A stretch of DNA of 64,000 nucleotides from Deinococcus sp. (GCA_965261005.1 OZ253375.1:288001-352000); one strand, 5' to 3'. Positions 18,458-30,473 are shown, counted from the first letter of the stretch. Notes: generated by a model from the sequence alone, not told the origin. Numbers and translations: made by a program.

Positions 18458-19356
18458 TGACCTTACTCGACCTTCAGTTTCAGGGCGTGTCCGGCGTGAT
18501 CGCGTGTTACGTGTTGGAGAGTTCGGACGGTCCCATCCTGGTTGACCCCGGCCCGGACAGCACCTACGAGCGATTGCGCGCCGGCCTTTCGGAACTCGGC
18601 CACGACCTCGCGGACGTGCGCCACGTCCTGCTGACGCACATCCACCTCGACCACGCGGGCGCGGCGGGGCGCCTCGCCGAAGAAAGCGGCGCCACCGTCT
18701 ACGTTCACGCACGCGGCGTGGCCCACCTCGCGCGGCCGAAACGGCTGCTGGCCAGCGCCGCGCAGATTTACGGCGACCAGATGAAGCCCCTGTGGGGCGA
18801 GACGCGCCCGGTGCCAGAAGAACAGCTGCGCGCCCTGGACGGGGGAGAGGTGCTGAAGCTGGGCGGCCTGGAGCTGGAGGCCCTGTACACGCCGGGCCAC
18901 GCGGTCCACCACCTGGCTTGGCGTCAGGGCGGCGACTTGTACTGCGGCGACGTGGGCGGCGTGCGGCTGGAGCCGGTCCAGTCTCCCCGCGCCCCCACCC
19001 CGCCGCCGGACATCAAGCTGGAGACGTGGCGGGACAGCGTTCAGCGGCTGCGCGCCCTGGACGTGAACAGGCTGCGCCTGACCCACTTCGGCAGCTACAC
19101 AGACGTGCAGGCCCATTGGGACGCGCTGCTGGGCAACATGGCCCGCGACGCCGAGCGTATCCGCATCGGCTTGGTGCAGGGCATGACCCCGGAGGTGCTG
19201 GCCGGCGCCTTTTCCAAGGCCGTCGAGCGCGACCTGAACGCCGAGGACCCGACCTTGGCCGCCCGCATGCGCTTCGCCAGCCCGGCCTGGATGAGCGCGC
19301 AGGGCCTGACGCGCTACTGGACCAAGCGCGGGCTGGGCACGGGCGGCCCCAGGTGA
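18457..19356 (+). CDS. MBL-fold metallo-hydrolase
   Basis: THIHLDHAG, TPGHAVHH, CGD and THFG motifs. Confidence 0.92.
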   Translation: MTLLDLQFQGVSGVIACYVLESSDGPILVDPGPDSTYERLRAGLSELGHDLADVRHVLLTHIHLDHAGAAGRLAEESGATVYVHARGVAHLARPKRLLASAAQIYGDQMKPLWGETRPVPEEQLRALDGGEVLKLGGLELEALYTPGHAVHHLAWRQGGDLYCGDVGGVRLEPVQSPRAPTPPPDIKLETWRDSVQRLRALDVNRLRLTHFGSYTDVQAHWDALLGNMARDAERIRIGLVQGMTPEVLAGAFSKAVERDLNAEDPTLAARMRFASPAWMSAQGLTRYWTKRGLGTGGPR

Positions 19357-20609
19357 AGGTGCTGTTGATCGGCTCCGGCGGGCGCGAACACGCCCTGGCG
19401 GGGACGCTCTCCAGGTCGGAGAACCTGAGCGAATTGCTGGCGACCCCCGGCAACCCCGGCATCGGCGCGCTCGCCCGCGTGGTCGCCTGCGAGCAGACGC
19501 CGGAAGCCTTGGCAGAGTTGGCCCAGCGCGAGAACGTGGACCTGACCGTGGTGGGGCCGGAGGCGCCGCTGGTGGTGGGCATTGCAGACGTGTTCGCCGC
19601 ACGCGGCCTCAAGCTGTTCGGCCCCAGCGCGCTCGCGGCGCGCATCGAGGGCGACAAGGCTTGGGCCAAAGCCTTTATGAACCGCCACGACATTCCCACA
19701 GCGCGCCACGAAACGTTCGGTGACCTCGGCGCCGCCCTGGCTGCGCTGCCCCGCTTCGGGACTCCGGTGGTCGTCAAAGACGCGGCCCTGCGCGCGGGCA
19801 AGGGCGTGACCGTCTGCCACAGCCGCTTCCAGGCAGAAGACGCCCTGCGCGACGTGCTGACGCGGCCGGGCGGTTGCGCGGTGGTCGAGGAATTCATGAC
19901 CGGCCAGGAGGTGACGGTCATGGCGTTGTGCGACGGCGTTCACTTCGTGCCCATGCCGCCCGCCCAGGACCACAAGCCATTGCTGGAGGGCGACCTCGGC
20001 CCCATGACGGGAGGTATGGGCGTCGTCTGCCCGTTTCCGCTGACACCCGAGCAACGCGCTCAGATCGGAGCACGCATCCTGGCCCCCACCCTGGCCGGTC
20101 TGCGCGCCGAGGGCTGTCCCTTCGTCGGCGTCCTGTACGCCGGCGTGATGCTGACGGCGGATGGGCCGAAGGTCGTAGAGTTCAACTGCCGCCTCGGCGA
20201 CCCCGAGGCGCAGGCGGTCCTGCCGCTGCTGGAAAGCGACTTGCTAGAAATTATGCTCGCCTGCCTGGAGGGGCGCCTCACCCCCGAGCTGGTGAGGTTC
20301 TCCGAGCAAGCCAGCGCGGTCGTCGTGATGGCGGCGGCCGGCTATCCCGAGCGGCCAGCTACGGGCGTGCCCCTGACCTTGCCCGAGGTCGCGGGGGAGG
20401 GCTGTATCTACCACGCCGGCACGGCCAAAGCGGGCAGCTCTTTAATTTCGGCGGGCGGGCGGGTGCTGTCGGTGCAGGCGGGCGCCCCCGACGTGCCGGG
20501 GGCCATCGAGCGCGCCTACGCCCTGGTGGACCGCGTCGGTTTCGCGGGCGCCCTGGTTCGGCGCGACATCGGCTTCCGGCTGGAGGACAAGGTGGACCAG
20601 CCGCGTTGA
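19353..20609 (+). CDS. purD: Phosphoribosylamine--glycine ligase
   Basis: KVLLIGSGGREHAL, VVGPEAPL, QDHK, GPMTGGMG and EFNCRLGDPEAQ; GTGA overlap with the upstream gene. Confidence 0.97.
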   Translation: MKVLLIGSGGREHALAGTLSRSENLSELLATPGNPGIGALARVVACEQTPEALAELAQRENVDLTVVGPEAPLVVGIADVFAARGLKLFGPSALAARIEGDKAWAKAFMNRHDIPTARHETFGDLGAALAALPRFGTPVVVKDAALRAGKGVTVCHSRFQAEDALRDVLTRPGGCAVVEEFMTGQEVTVMALCDGVHFVPMPPAQDHKPLLEGDLGPMTGGMGVVCPFPLTPEQRAQIGARILAPTLAGLRAEGCPFVGVLYAGVMLTADGPKVVEFNCRLGDPEAQAVLPLLESDLLEIMLACLEGRLTPELVRFSEQASAVVVMAAAGYPERPATGVPLTLPEVAGEGCIYHAGTAKAGSSLISAGGRVLSVQAGAPDVPGAIERAYALVDRVGFAGALVRRDIGFRLEDKVDQPR

Positions 20610-20666
20610 CCCGCCTCGTCCCAACCTGCTACCATCCAGCTCGGCCCACGCGGGCCGTGTCCCCAA

Positions 20667-20749
<83 letters not shown>

Positions 20750-20770
20750 CTTGTTCCCACGGGAGTTCGC

Positions 20771-20992
20771 ATGTCCTACGTTCTGGAAATTCTGTTGGCG
20801 CTCGTCTGCGTCGTGCTGATCTTCTTCGTGCTGCTGCAAGTCCCCAAGCAGAGCGGCCTCTCGTCCGGTATGGGCGGCGGCGGCAACCTGCTGGGCGGCA
20901 GCGGCGTGGAGGGCGGCTTGGTGCGCCTGACCGCCTACGCGGGCGGCCTCTTCATGCTGTTCGCCTTGCTGATCGCCATCATCCCGCGTTGA
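20771..20992 (+). CDS. secG: Preprotein translocase subunit SecG
   Basis: Two TMs flanking VLLQVPKQSGLSSGMGGGG...LVRLT; adjacent to tRNA-Leu. Confidence 0.9.
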   Translation: MSYVLEILLALVCVVLIFFVLLQVPKQSGLSSGMGGGGNLLGGSGVEGGLVRLTAYAGGLFMLFALLIAIIPR

Positions 20993-21009
20993 GTTCGGAA
21001 GTTAGCCTC

Positions 21010-21034
21010 GCCCGGCGCGCGCCGGGCTTTTTTT
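21010..21034 (+). terminator. Intrinsic terminator after secG
   Basis: GCCCGGC-GCGC-GCCGGGC followed by T7. Confidence 0.85.
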
Positions 21035-21083
21035 GTGGCTTCAATTTGCATGGCTATGCACGAGCAGTATGAAAACCTCCACT

Positions 21084-21147
21084 CTTTTCCCCCTCCCCCC
21101 TCGAGGGGGAGCGCGAAGCACCTCGAAGAGAAGACCGGGGTGGGGGG
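21084..21147. repeat. REP-like palindromic element (CCCCTCCCCC...GGGGGAG...CCGGGGTGGGGG)
   Basis: Similar to the reverse complement of 53121-53166. Confidence 0.55.
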
Positions 21148-21324
21148 TCCCCCGCATGTGCAAACGCCTTCCATGAGTTTACGTTCTCTTGAACTGTCAT
21201 ATATCAATCTCTATAGTGGTGGCGCTGGAAACCACTAAGCCATTTTGCTGAGACAGAGCTGCAAAGCTGCCTCCAGCGTCCGGTCGTTTTATCTCCAGCC
21301 CGCCCTCTCAGTCCAGGAGGACCA

Positions 21325-23088
21325 ATGAAGAAAGCCTTGTTTGTGATCGCCGCCATGACGCTGGCCTCGGCCGCGTCCGCCGCACCCTTCGTGTGGCCCG
21401 CCAAGTGGTCCGCCGACCCGGCCAGCGCCGCCAAGACGGGCGGGGAACTGCGTCAATCCGTCATTTCGGAGTACAAAACCTTCAACCCGTTCACAACAAC
21501 GGAGAACGGGAATATACCCGACCTCATGGCGGCCTCAACTTCCGGTCTGTTTACCCAGTCCCCGGAGGACGGCAGCTTTCTCCCTTATATGGCGGACGGC
21601 CCGGCCAAGGTGTCGAACGGGAACAAGACCTTCGTGGTCAACATCCGCCAGGGCATGAAGTTCTCGGACGGCCAGGAGATCACCGCCGACGACTGGATCA
21701 CCACCGCCAAGATCATCAAGGACGAGGCTGTGGGGTCCAACAGCCGCGACAACTGGTTTCTGAGCGACAAAGAGGTGAAGGTCAAGAAGCTCGGCAAGTA
21801 CCAGCTTCAGTTTGACTTTCCCAACACGACTTCAAAGTCCTACGTCTACATGAGCTATACCCCCTGGCCCGACCATATCTTTGCCCCCGTCTACGCCAAG
21901 AGCGGCGCCGAGGGCATCAAGAAGATGTGGACCCTCAACACCGACCCCAAGCAGATCGTGTCCCCCGGCGCCTGGGTGCTCAGCACCTACCGCACCGGCG
22001 AGCGGGCCATCCTGAGCAAGAACCCGTACTGGGGCGAGTGGAACAAGGACAGCGCGGGCAAGGCTTTGCCGTACCTGAACAGCCTCTCCTTCGCCATCGT
22101 CAAAGACGTGAACGCCCAGCTCGCGGCGCTCCTGGCGGGTCAGCTCGATCTGTTCACGCCCAGCACGGCCGACCAACTGGCGCAGATCAAAAAGGCGATA
22201 GACGCCGGCAACCTCAAGGCCAACCTGATTGCCAACATCGGGCCGCAGGCGTCGTCGCAGTGGATCGTCTTCAACTGGAACCTGTCCAGCAACCCGGGCA
22301 AGCAGGCCCTCTTTCGCGACGTGCGCTTCCGCCGCGCCATGAGCATGTTGGCCGACCGCGACAGCATGGTCAAGCTGGCTTACGGCGGCTTTGCCACGCC
22401 GACCTACGGCAGCGTCTACCCGCTCTTCACCAACTTCATCCCGGCCAACACGCCCAAGTACGAGTACAACTTGGCGCAGGCCCAGAAGCTGCTGGCCGAG
22501 ATCGGCTACGCCAAGAAGAACAGTGACGGCTACCTGGTGAACAAGAGCGGCAAGGTGCTGGAGTTCAACATGGTCACCAACGCCGGCAACAACCAGCGCG
22601 AGCAGCTGATGCGCATCTTCGCCGACACCGCCAAAAAGGCCGGCGTCAAGGTGAACGCGCAGCCGGTGGACTTCAACGTTCTGGTGAACCAACTGACCAG
22701 CAAGGGCGCCGACCGGCCCTTCGACTCGATTCTGCTGGGCCTGGCGGGCGGCGACAACATCTGGCCCTTCGGTCAGAACGTGGTTCCCTGCGGCACCAAC
22801 CTGCACAGCTACAACACCAGCGGCAAGTGCCTGACCGCCCAGGAAAACCTGATGAGCAAGCTGTACTACCAAGGCGACGCCGAACTTGATCAGGCCAAGC
22901 GCCAGCAGATCGGCGCCCAGCTGCTTAAGGTCCAGAGCGAGTTGCAGCCGACCGTTTACCTGGTGGGTCCCAACTACCACGTGGCCTATCTCGACCGCGT
23001 CGGCGGCTTGTACCCGCGCCCGTTGATCAATGCCTACAACCTGTCGCGGGCGGGCGGAATCTCTCCCGTTCTGACCTACATCAAGTAA
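21325..23088 (+). CDS. Peptide/nickel ABC transporter substrate-binding protein (family 5)
   Basis: Signal peptide; IRQGMKFSDGQEITADD, NPYW and FRDVRFRRAM; GGAGG RBS. Confidence 0.95.
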   Translation: MKKALFVIAAMTLASAASAAPFVWPAKWSADPASAAKTGGELRQSVISEYKTFNPFTTTENGNIPDLMAASTSGLFTQSPEDGSFLPYMADGPAKVSNGNKTFVVNIRQGMKFSDGQEITADDWITTAKIIKDEAVGSNSRDNWFLSDKEVKVKKLGKYQLQFDFPNTTSKSYVYMSYTPWPDHIFAPVYAKSGAEGIKKMWTLNTDPKQIVSPGAWVLSTYRTGERAILSKNPYWGEWNKDSAGKALPYLNSLSFAIVKDVNAQLAALLAGQLDLFTPSTADQLAQIKKAIDAGNLKANLIANIGPQASSQWIVFNWNLSSNPGKQALFRDVRFRRAMSMLADRDSMVKLAYGGFATPTYGSVYPLFTNFIPANTPKYEYNLAQAQKLLAEIGYAKKNSDGYLVNKSGKVLEFNMVTNAGNNQREQLMRIFADTAKKAGVKVNAQPVDFNVLVNQLTSKGADRPFDSILLGLAGGDNIWPFGQNVVPCGTNLHSYNTSGKCLTAQENLMSKLYYQGDAELDQAKRQQIGAQLLKVQSELQPTVYLVGPNYHVAYLDRVGGLYPRPLINAYNLSRAGGISPVLTYIK

Positions 23089-23107
23089 GCCAGCGCGCCA
23101 GATGACC

Positions 23108-23140
23108 AGAGGGTAGCCCGCTTTGCGTGGGCTACCCTTT
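23108..23140 (+). terminator. Intergenic hairpin after the SBP gene
   Basis: AGGGTAGCCC...GGGCTACCCT followed by TT. Confidence 0.6.
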
Positions 23141-23159
23141 CTCGAAAGGAGGTCCGTCC

Positions 23160-24140
23160 TTGTTGCCCTTTATGCTCCGCCGGCTCGCCAACTCGGTTCC
23201 CACCATCATCGGCGCGACGCTGCTGATCTTCTTTATTATCCAGGCGGCGCCGGGGGATTTCCTGACCCAGCAGCTGCTCGACCCCAACATCTCACCGCAG
23301 CAGATCGCCAACTTGCGGGCGCAGTTCGGCCTCGACCAGAACGTTGTGGTTCAGTATTTCTACTGGCTAAAAGAGCTGTTGCAGGGCAATTTGGGCGAGT
23401 CCTTTGCCTACAAGCAGCCGGTGTTGCAGGTCATCCTGCCGCGCGCCCTCAACTCGCTGTATTTGGTGCTGCTCAGCCAAGTCATCTTTTACTTCATCGC
23501 CATTCCGCTCGGCATCTACGGCGCGGTGCGGCAGTACAGCTTGGGCGACAAGGTGACCAGCACGCTGATGTACATTCTGCTGGGCTTTCCAACCTTTTTC
23601 CTGGCGCTCCTGGTGATCTACCTGATCTTGCAGGTGCGCTACGCGACCCACTGGGACATTCCGATTATCGGCATGACCTCAAGCGACTACGCGCAGCTTG
23701 GCCCCTTTGGCAAGGGCCTGGACATTCTCAAGCACATCGCCATTCCGGCCACCGTGCTGGCGATCAGCGGCGTGGCGGGCTTCACGCGGGTGCTGCGCGG
23801 GCAGATGCTCGAATACCTCGGATCGGACTTTATCCGCACGGCGCGCGCCAAGGGGCTGTCTGACTTCCGGGTGATCTACAAGCACACCCTGCGCAACGCC
23901 ATCATCCCCTTTATCGCGGGCATCGGGACGCTGCTGCCGGCCCTGATCAGCGGCGCGGGTCTGATCGAGGTCGTCTTCAGCTACCCCGGCATCACGCCCA
24001 TGCTGCTCGACTCGCTGGCCGCCACCGACCTCTACGTGCTGGCGGGCTTCAGCCTGATCGGCATCATCTTTTTGATCGTCGGCAATCTGCTCAGCGACAT
24101 TCTTCTCAGCATCGTGGACCCGAGGATTCGTTATGGCTGA
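23160..24140 (+). CDS. Peptide ABC transporter permease (OppB/DppB-like)
   Basis: DFIRTARAKGLSDFRVIYKHTLRNA EAA loop and DPRIRY end; TTG start after GGAGG. Confidence 0.95.
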   Translation: MLPFMLRRLANSVPTIIGATLLIFFIIQAAPGDFLTQQLLDPNISPQQIANLRAQFGLDQNVVVQYFYWLKELLQGNLGESFAYKQPVLQVILPRALNSLYLVLLSQVIFYFIAIPLGIYGAVRQYSLGDKVTSTLMYILLGFPTFFLALLVIYLILQVRYATHWDIPIIGMTSSDYAQLGPFGKGLDILKHIAIPATVLAISGVAGFTRVLRGQMLEYLGSDFIRTARAKGLSDFRVIYKHTLRNAIIPFIAGIGTLLPALISGAGLIEVVFSYPGITPMLLDSLAATDLYVLAGFSLIGIIFLIVGNLLSDILLSIVDPRIRYG

Positions 24141-25275
24141 AGCGAGCGTCACGGCCCCCATCGCGCCAATCGCAAACGCGACCAAGGCCCAGTCGCAGTG
24201 GCAGGTGGCCTGGAAGCAGTTTCGCAAGCACCGCCTCGCGCAGGTCGGCGGCGCCATGCTGGTCTTCGTGTACCTGCTCGCCATCCTCGCGCCCTTTCTG
24301 GCGCCCGATCCCCTCTCCAAGTACAGCACCGACAACATCACCAAGTTCCAACCGCCCACGCCGCTGCACGTCCGCGATCCGCAGACCGGGCGCTTGACCC
24401 GCCCCTTTGTGTACGGCTTCAAGCAGGAACTCAGCCTGACGACCTTTCAAAACGAGTACGTGCCCGACCAGACCAAGCTGTACCCGGTCCACTTTTTCGT
24501 GCGCGGCGATTCGTATGACCTGTTCGGCTTCATCCCGACGGACATTCACCTCTACGGCGTGGACGCCCCCGGCAAGATTTTCCTGATGGGCGCGGACACC
24601 TTCGGGCGCGATCTGCTGAGCCGCATTCTGTACGCCGCCCAGATCTCGCTGACCATCGGCGTCGGCTCGGTGGTGCTTTCGACCCTGATTGGCATCGTGA
24701 TGGGGTCCCTCGCGGCCTACTTCGGCGGCTGGGTGGACAACGTCATCATGCGCCTGGTCGAGGTGATCGCGGCCATTCCCTACCTCTTCTTGCTGCTGGC
24801 CTTGCGGGCGCTGTTTCCCATCAACATCAACCCGATCTTCGCGCTGTACATCATCCTGGGCATTTTGGCCTTTATCAGCTGGGGGGGCTTGGCGCGCGAG
24901 ATTCGCAGCCAGCTGCTGTCGGTGCGCGAGCTGGACTACGTCTCGGCGGCCACCTCGCTGGGGGCCACCGACCGCCGCATCATCTTCCGTCACATGCTGC
25001 CGGCCATCACCACCTACCTGATCGTGTTTGCCAGCCTCGCGATTCCCGGCACCATCCTTCTGGAGTCGGGCCTCAGCTTTCTGGGCATCGGGGCGGTGGA
25101 GCCGTATGCCAGCTGGGGCAGCTTGCTGTCCCAAGCCCAGGAGGGCGGCCTCGCCTCTATCACCGACCGGCCGTGGGTCTTGATTCCGGGTTTCTTCATC
25201 GTGTTCACGGTGGCCTGCTACCAATTGCTGGGGGACGGGCTGCGCGACGCCTTCGACCCCAAGAAGCGGCAGTAA
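24133..25275 (+). CDS. Peptide ABC transporter permease (OppC/DppC-like)
   Basis: GADTFGRDLLSR, ESGLSFLGIG and GDGLRDAFDPK. Confidence 0.95.
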   Translation: MAEASVTAPIAPIANATKAQSQWQVAWKQFRKHRLAQVGGAMLVFVYLLAILAPFLAPDPLSKYSTDNITKFQPPTPLHVRDPQTGRLTRPFVYGFKQELSLTTFQNEYVPDQTKLYPVHFFVRGDSYDLFGFIPTDIHLYGVDAPGKIFLMGADTFGRDLLSRILYAAQISLTIGVGSVVLSTLIGIVMGSLAAYFGGWVDNVIMRLVEVIAAIPYLFLLLALRALFPININPIFALYIILGILAFISWGGLAREIRSQLLSVRELDYVSAATSLGATDRRIIFRHMLPAITTYLIVFASLAIPGTILLESGLSFLGIGAVEPYASWGSLLSQAQEGGLASITDRPWVLIPGFFIVFTVACYQLLGDGLRDAFDPKKRQ

Positions 25276-25385
25276 ATTTCCCAAGCTGGGGCGGGCCTCG
25301 CGCCCGTCCCGTTCTGTTAAAAGATTGGCGCATTTAATCCTGCTATAGTGCGCCAAATGTGCTGGATATGCTGTAAGGAGATGCT

Positions 25386-26404
<1,019 letters not shown>

Positions 26405-26408
<4 letters not shown>

Positions 26409-27436
26409 CCGCCCCTCAAGCTACGGGACCGCACACCAGCGACGTCCGCAACCTGCCCCCGATGGGCCAGCCGCTGCTGGACGTAAAGGACCTGCGCAAG
26501 TACTTCCCGATTCGCGGCGGTCTGCTTTCGCGGGTGGTCGCCAACGTGCAGGCCGTCAACGACGTGAGCTTTTCGCTCAGGCGCGGCGAGGTGGTCGGCT
26601 TGGTCGGCGAGTCGGGCAGCGGCAAGACGACCGTGGGAAGGTCGCTGCTGCGCCTGATCGAGCCGTCGGGCGGCGAGGTGGTGTTCAACGGCACCGACAT
26701 CACCAAGCTGTCGCGCGGTCAGCTGCGCGACTACCGCCGCGAGATGCAGATCATCTTTCAGGACCCCTTCGCGTCGCTGAACCCGCGCATGACGGTGGCC
26801 GACATTATCGGCGAGGCGCTTCAGATTCACAACCTGTCCCCCGGCAAGGCGCGGGTGGAGCGCATCGCGGAGTTGCTGCGCAAAGTTGGTTTGGTGCCCG
26901 AGAGCATGCGGCGCTATCCGCACGAGTTCTCGGGCGGGCAGCGCCAGCGCATCGGGATCGCCCGCGCCCTCGCCGTGGACCCCAGCTTTATCGTCGCCGA
27001 CGAGCCGGTCTCGGCCCTGGACGTCTCGATTCAGGCCCAGGTCGTGAACCTGATTCAGGACCTGCAAGAAGAACTCGGTTTGACCGTGCTCTTCATCGCG
27101 CACGACCTCGCGGTGGTCGAGTACATCTGCGACCGCGTCATCGTGATGTACCTGGGCCGCATCATGGAGGTGGCGCCCAGCCGTCAGCTCTACGTCAACC
27201 CCAAGCACCCCTACACCGAGGCGCTGCTGTCGGCCGCCCCGGTGCCCGATCCCAGCGTCAAGCGCAAGCGCATCATCTTGGAGGGGGACATCCCCTCGCC
27301 CATCAACCCGCCGTCGGGCTGCGTCTTTCGCACGCGCTGCCGCTACGCTATAGAGGAGTGTGCCAACGTGGTGCCGGAACTGCGCGAGGTGGGGCCGGGA
27401 CATTACAAGGCGTGCATCCGGGACGACGTGCTGTGA
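26405..27436 (+). CDS. Peptide ABC transporter ATPase (OppF-like)
   Basis: [28 protein letters not shown] and [10 protein letters not shown]. Confidence 0.96.
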
Positions 27437-27469
27437 TTGGGTTGCCTTAAAATTCGGGGTGCAATGCGG

Positions 27470-27515
27470 GTAGGGGCGGGTTTCAAACCCGCCCCCACAT
27501 TTTGCCCGCCCCTAC
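27470..27515. repeat. GTAG-type REP palindrome plus a partial inverted copy
   Basis: GTAGGGGCGGGTTTCAAACCCGCCCCCAC followed by CCCGCCCCTAC. Confidence 0.7.
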
Positions 27516-27584
27516 TTCTTGCCCGCCGTTTCCCGCCTGTGCCCCTCTCACCCCCCGTCAGCCCTGCCGCGAAACACTGGCCGC

Positions 27585-28832
27585 ATGAAACACTTTCTTC
27601 TCGGCCTGCTGCTGCTCGGCTCCGCCTCCGCCTTGAACTTGCGCCTTTACCCCTCCTTTGCCGAGGTGCACGGGCCGGTCGAGGTGCGGGGCGGCCTGGT
27701 CACGCTGAGCTTTGGGCAGGAGGCGGCGAACTTTCTGGTGCCGGGAAGCTTGGGGCTGGAGGGCGTGAAGGTGCTTTCGGGCCTGTCGAAAGTCACCCCA
27801 ACGTGGCTGGCTTCGCAGGAAGGGAAGACGGTATGGCTGCGCGAGGACGGGGGGAGTGAGCAAGTGACCCTGGTGCGCGCCGAGGATTTGCTGGTGAGGG
27901 ACGCTCAGGGCCGCTACCGCACCGCGACCTTCGACCAGCTTTCCTTCGACACCCTGCCGCCGCCCAACCCGGCCAGCCCGCAGGTGCAGTACGTCTACGA
28001 GGTCGGCGGAACCGGCGCCACCCTCAGCTACCTGACGCGGGCCGTGAGCTGGACGCCGCGCTACACCCTGCGGGCGCAGGACTCGGGCGCCGCGCTGACC
28101 GGCCTCGCGGAGCTGCACAACGCCTCGGACGAAGGCTACGCCGTGGACGCCGGGGCCGAGCTGTTCGCGGGCGAGGTGAATTTGACTGAACCGCAGCCGT
28201 TCGCGCGGGACTTCGCGGCGCCCTCTGCGCTGGCCGCCCCCGCCGCGCCCCCAGCGCCCAAAATCTCGGGCGGGGGCGAGCTGCGCGGTCTGCGACGCTA
28301 CACCTTGTCCGCCGCCTTCACGCTGCCGGGGCGGGCCACGCTGGAACTGCCCTTTTTGCAGCCGCAGCTGACCACCTTTCAGCGCTACGGCGCCCTTGTT
28401 CGTGGCTTTACCCCACAGCCGGACGAGGGCAAGCTGGAGCGGGCCTACCGCCTGAAGGCGGACGCCTTTCTCCCCGCCGGCCCGCTGACCGTGCGTGACG
28501 CGGGGCGCATCGTGGGCCAGACCGACGTGGGCGACACGCCCAAGGGCGAGGCCGTGGACTTCACCCTCGGCGCCGACCCGGACCTGAGCTACGCCCGCGC
28601 GGTGCAGGTGAACAAGCAGGACAAGACCGGCTCGGTCTACCAAGTGACCTATACCTTCGGGAACGCCAAGGACCGCCCGGTGCGCGCCGAGGTGACGGAG
28701 TCGTTCTCCGGCGACGCGACCCTGAGCGGCCAGGCCGAGCGCACGCCGGGGGGGCTGAGCATCAAGGTGGATGTGCCTGTGGGGGGCAAGGTGACGCGCA
28801 GCTTCATGCTGGCGTTCAAGAACAGAGGCTAG
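27585..28832 (+). CDS. Exported DUF4139-like protein
   Basis: Signal peptide MKHFLLGLLLLGSASA; LSYLTRAVSWTPRY and FLPAGPLTV motifs. Confidence 0.75.
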   Translation: MKHFLLGLLLLGSASALNLRLYPSFAEVHGPVEVRGGLVTLSFGQEAANFLVPGSLGLEGVKVLSGLSKVTPTWLASQEGKTVWLREDGGSEQVTLVRAEDLLVRDAQGRYRTATFDQLSFDTLPPPNPASPQVQYVYEVGGTGATLSYLTRAVSWTPRYTLRAQDSGAALTGLAELHNASDEGYAVDAGAELFAGEVNLTEPQPFARDFAAPSALAAPAAPPAPKISGGGELRGLRRYTLSAAFTLPGRATLELPFLQPQLTTFQRYGALVRGFTPQPDEGKLERAYRLKADAFLPAGPLTVRDAGRIVGQTDVGDTPKGEAVDFTLGADPDLSYARAVQVNKQDKTGSVYQVTYTFGNAKDRPVRAEVTESFSGDATLSGQAERTPGGLSIKVDVPVGGKVTRSFMLAFKNRG

Positions 28833-28866
28833 AAGAAGTGGGATTGAACTCCATGTTCTCCCAGCC

Positions 28867-29445
28867 TCAAGCTGGTCGTCCATTTTGCCGCAGCAGCTTT
28901 AGCAGCAGCTTGACGCCCTTGTCCACGTCGGCCAGCCCCTTTTCCTGACGCATTCGCCCGCTCGCCCGAATATCAATCAGCCCGTGAACCGAGGCGTAGA
29001 TCAGGCCGGTCAGCTCCGCGTTGGGGACGTCCGGCAACTCGCCCGCTTCCTGGCACGCCCGCACGATGGCCGCGAACTCGCCAAAGGACCGCAGGGCCGC
29101 CGCCTCCAATTCGCCGCCCTGCGCGGCAATGTCCGGATCGCTGAACAGCAGCTTGTAGCGCGCCGGGGATTGCTGGCTGTACAAGATCAGGCGTGCCAGC
29201 GCCCGCTCCAACTTGGGGAGCGGCTTTATTTCCAACTGACGTATGGCCGCGCAAGTTTCGGTCAGCATGTTGAAGTCCCGGATGGCGACCGCACCGAGCA
29301 GCGCGTTGCGGCTCTCGAAGTGCTTGTAGGGGGCGTTGTGGGACACGCCAACCGCTTGGGCGACCGCGCGCAGGGTCACGGCGCCCTCGCCTCCCGCGTC
29401 GAGCAGGGCGGCGGCGGACTCGACGAGCCGCTGGGGCGTGTTCAC
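28867..29445 (-). CDS. TetR-family regulator (WHG-type C-terminus)
   Basis: VTLRAVAQAVGVSHNAPYKHF; ASVHGL. Confidence 0.93.
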   Translation of the reverse strand: MNTPQRLVESAAALLDAGGEGAVTLRAVAQAVGVSHNAPYKHFESRNALLGAVAIRDFNMLTETCAAIRQLEIKPLPKLERALARLILYSQQSPARYKLLFSDPDIAAQGGELEAAALRSFGEFAAIVRACQEAGELPDVPNAELTGLIYASVHGLIDIRASGRMRQEKGLADVDKGVKLLLKLLRQNGRPA

Positions 29446-29484
29446 GCGCGGTTCCAGGCGATAGGGAACGCGCTGAAACCTGTA

Positions 29485-30453
29485 TCAGCCAAGCCGCGCC
29501 GGCCGCTCGCTCCCTTGCAGGTGAACGAGCTTTTCCGAGTCTTGCCACAACTTCGCCGCCTTGGCCGGGTCATACGAAACTTTAGAGGATCGCGCCGTGA
29601 GCAGTACGCCATCCTTGGATTGAAAATATTTACCGGAGCCGGTGGCAAACGCTGGGTCGGCCGCGATGTTGGCGAGGGCGTCGCCGGAAAAGCCAAGGCT
29701 GCCCATCGTCACGCCGAGCCGCTTAAATAGCGCCTTGGCCGGCGAAGTCTGCAAGAGCCGCTGGGCGAAGGTGGGCAAAGCGCGGGTGAGTCCGGTTTCA
29801 GGAATGAAGCCGGGATCGAAGGCGATGGAGGCGATGGGCACGCCCGCTTGGCGTAACCTTCGGTCCAGTTCGTAGGCGTACATGATGTCGCACAGCTTGG
29901 ACGTCGTGTAGCGCCGGCCGCCCGAGATCGGTTGTTGGCCGTCCTTGCCTTGGCGGACCAGGGTGTTCGCGTCCGGCTCTACGGCGGCGCCGACGGTCTT
30001 GCCGTCCATGCTGTCGGGATCGTGTGTTCCACTGGCGGTGAACACGACGCGACCTTCCGCCGCGACACAGTCCAGCAGCAGGTTGACCAGCAGAAAATGG
30101 CCGAGACAGTTGACCGCGAAGGTCTCCTCGTACCCGTCGGCGCTGTAGGAGGGCGGCCCCTGGAATGAGGCGCCCGCGTTGCACACCACGACCTGGAGCG
30201 AATCAATTCGGCCGTCCCCCAGCATGGCGCGGCAGCCATCGGCCGCCGCCCGCACCGAGGCGAGCGACGCCAGATCGAGCGCGAGCGTGTTCACCTTGAC
30301 GCCGTAAAGGGTGCGAAGCTGCTGTGCTGCGGCCTGAACCCGCTGCACGTCCCGGCCTGCCAAAAGCAGGTTGACGTGAAAATTGGCCGCGAGGCGCCTC
30401 GCGCACTCAAACCCGATGCCAGCATGGCCGCCCGTAATCAGAACTGTTGACAT
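29485..30453 (-). CDS. SDR family oxidoreductase
   Basis: ITGGHAGIG, CNAG, VNCLGHFLL and YTTSK. Confidence 0.93.
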   Translation of the reverse strand: MSTVLITGGHAGIGFECARRLAANFHVNLLLAGRDVQRVQAAAQQLRTLYGVKVNTLALDLASLASVRAAADGCRAMLGDGRIDSLQVVVCNAGASFQGPPSYSADGYEETFAVNCLGHFLLVNLLLDCVAAEGRVVFTASGTHDPDSMDGKTVGAAVEPDANTLVRQGKDGQQPISGGRRYTTSKLCDIMYAYELDRRLRQAGVPIASIAFDPGFIPETGLTRALPTFAQRLLQTSPAKALFKRLGVTMGSLGFSGDALANIAADPAFATGSGKYFQSKDGVLLTARSSKVSYDPAKAAKLWQDSEKLVHLQGSERPARLG

Positions 30454-30473
30454 GTCTCCTCCGATGAACCCTG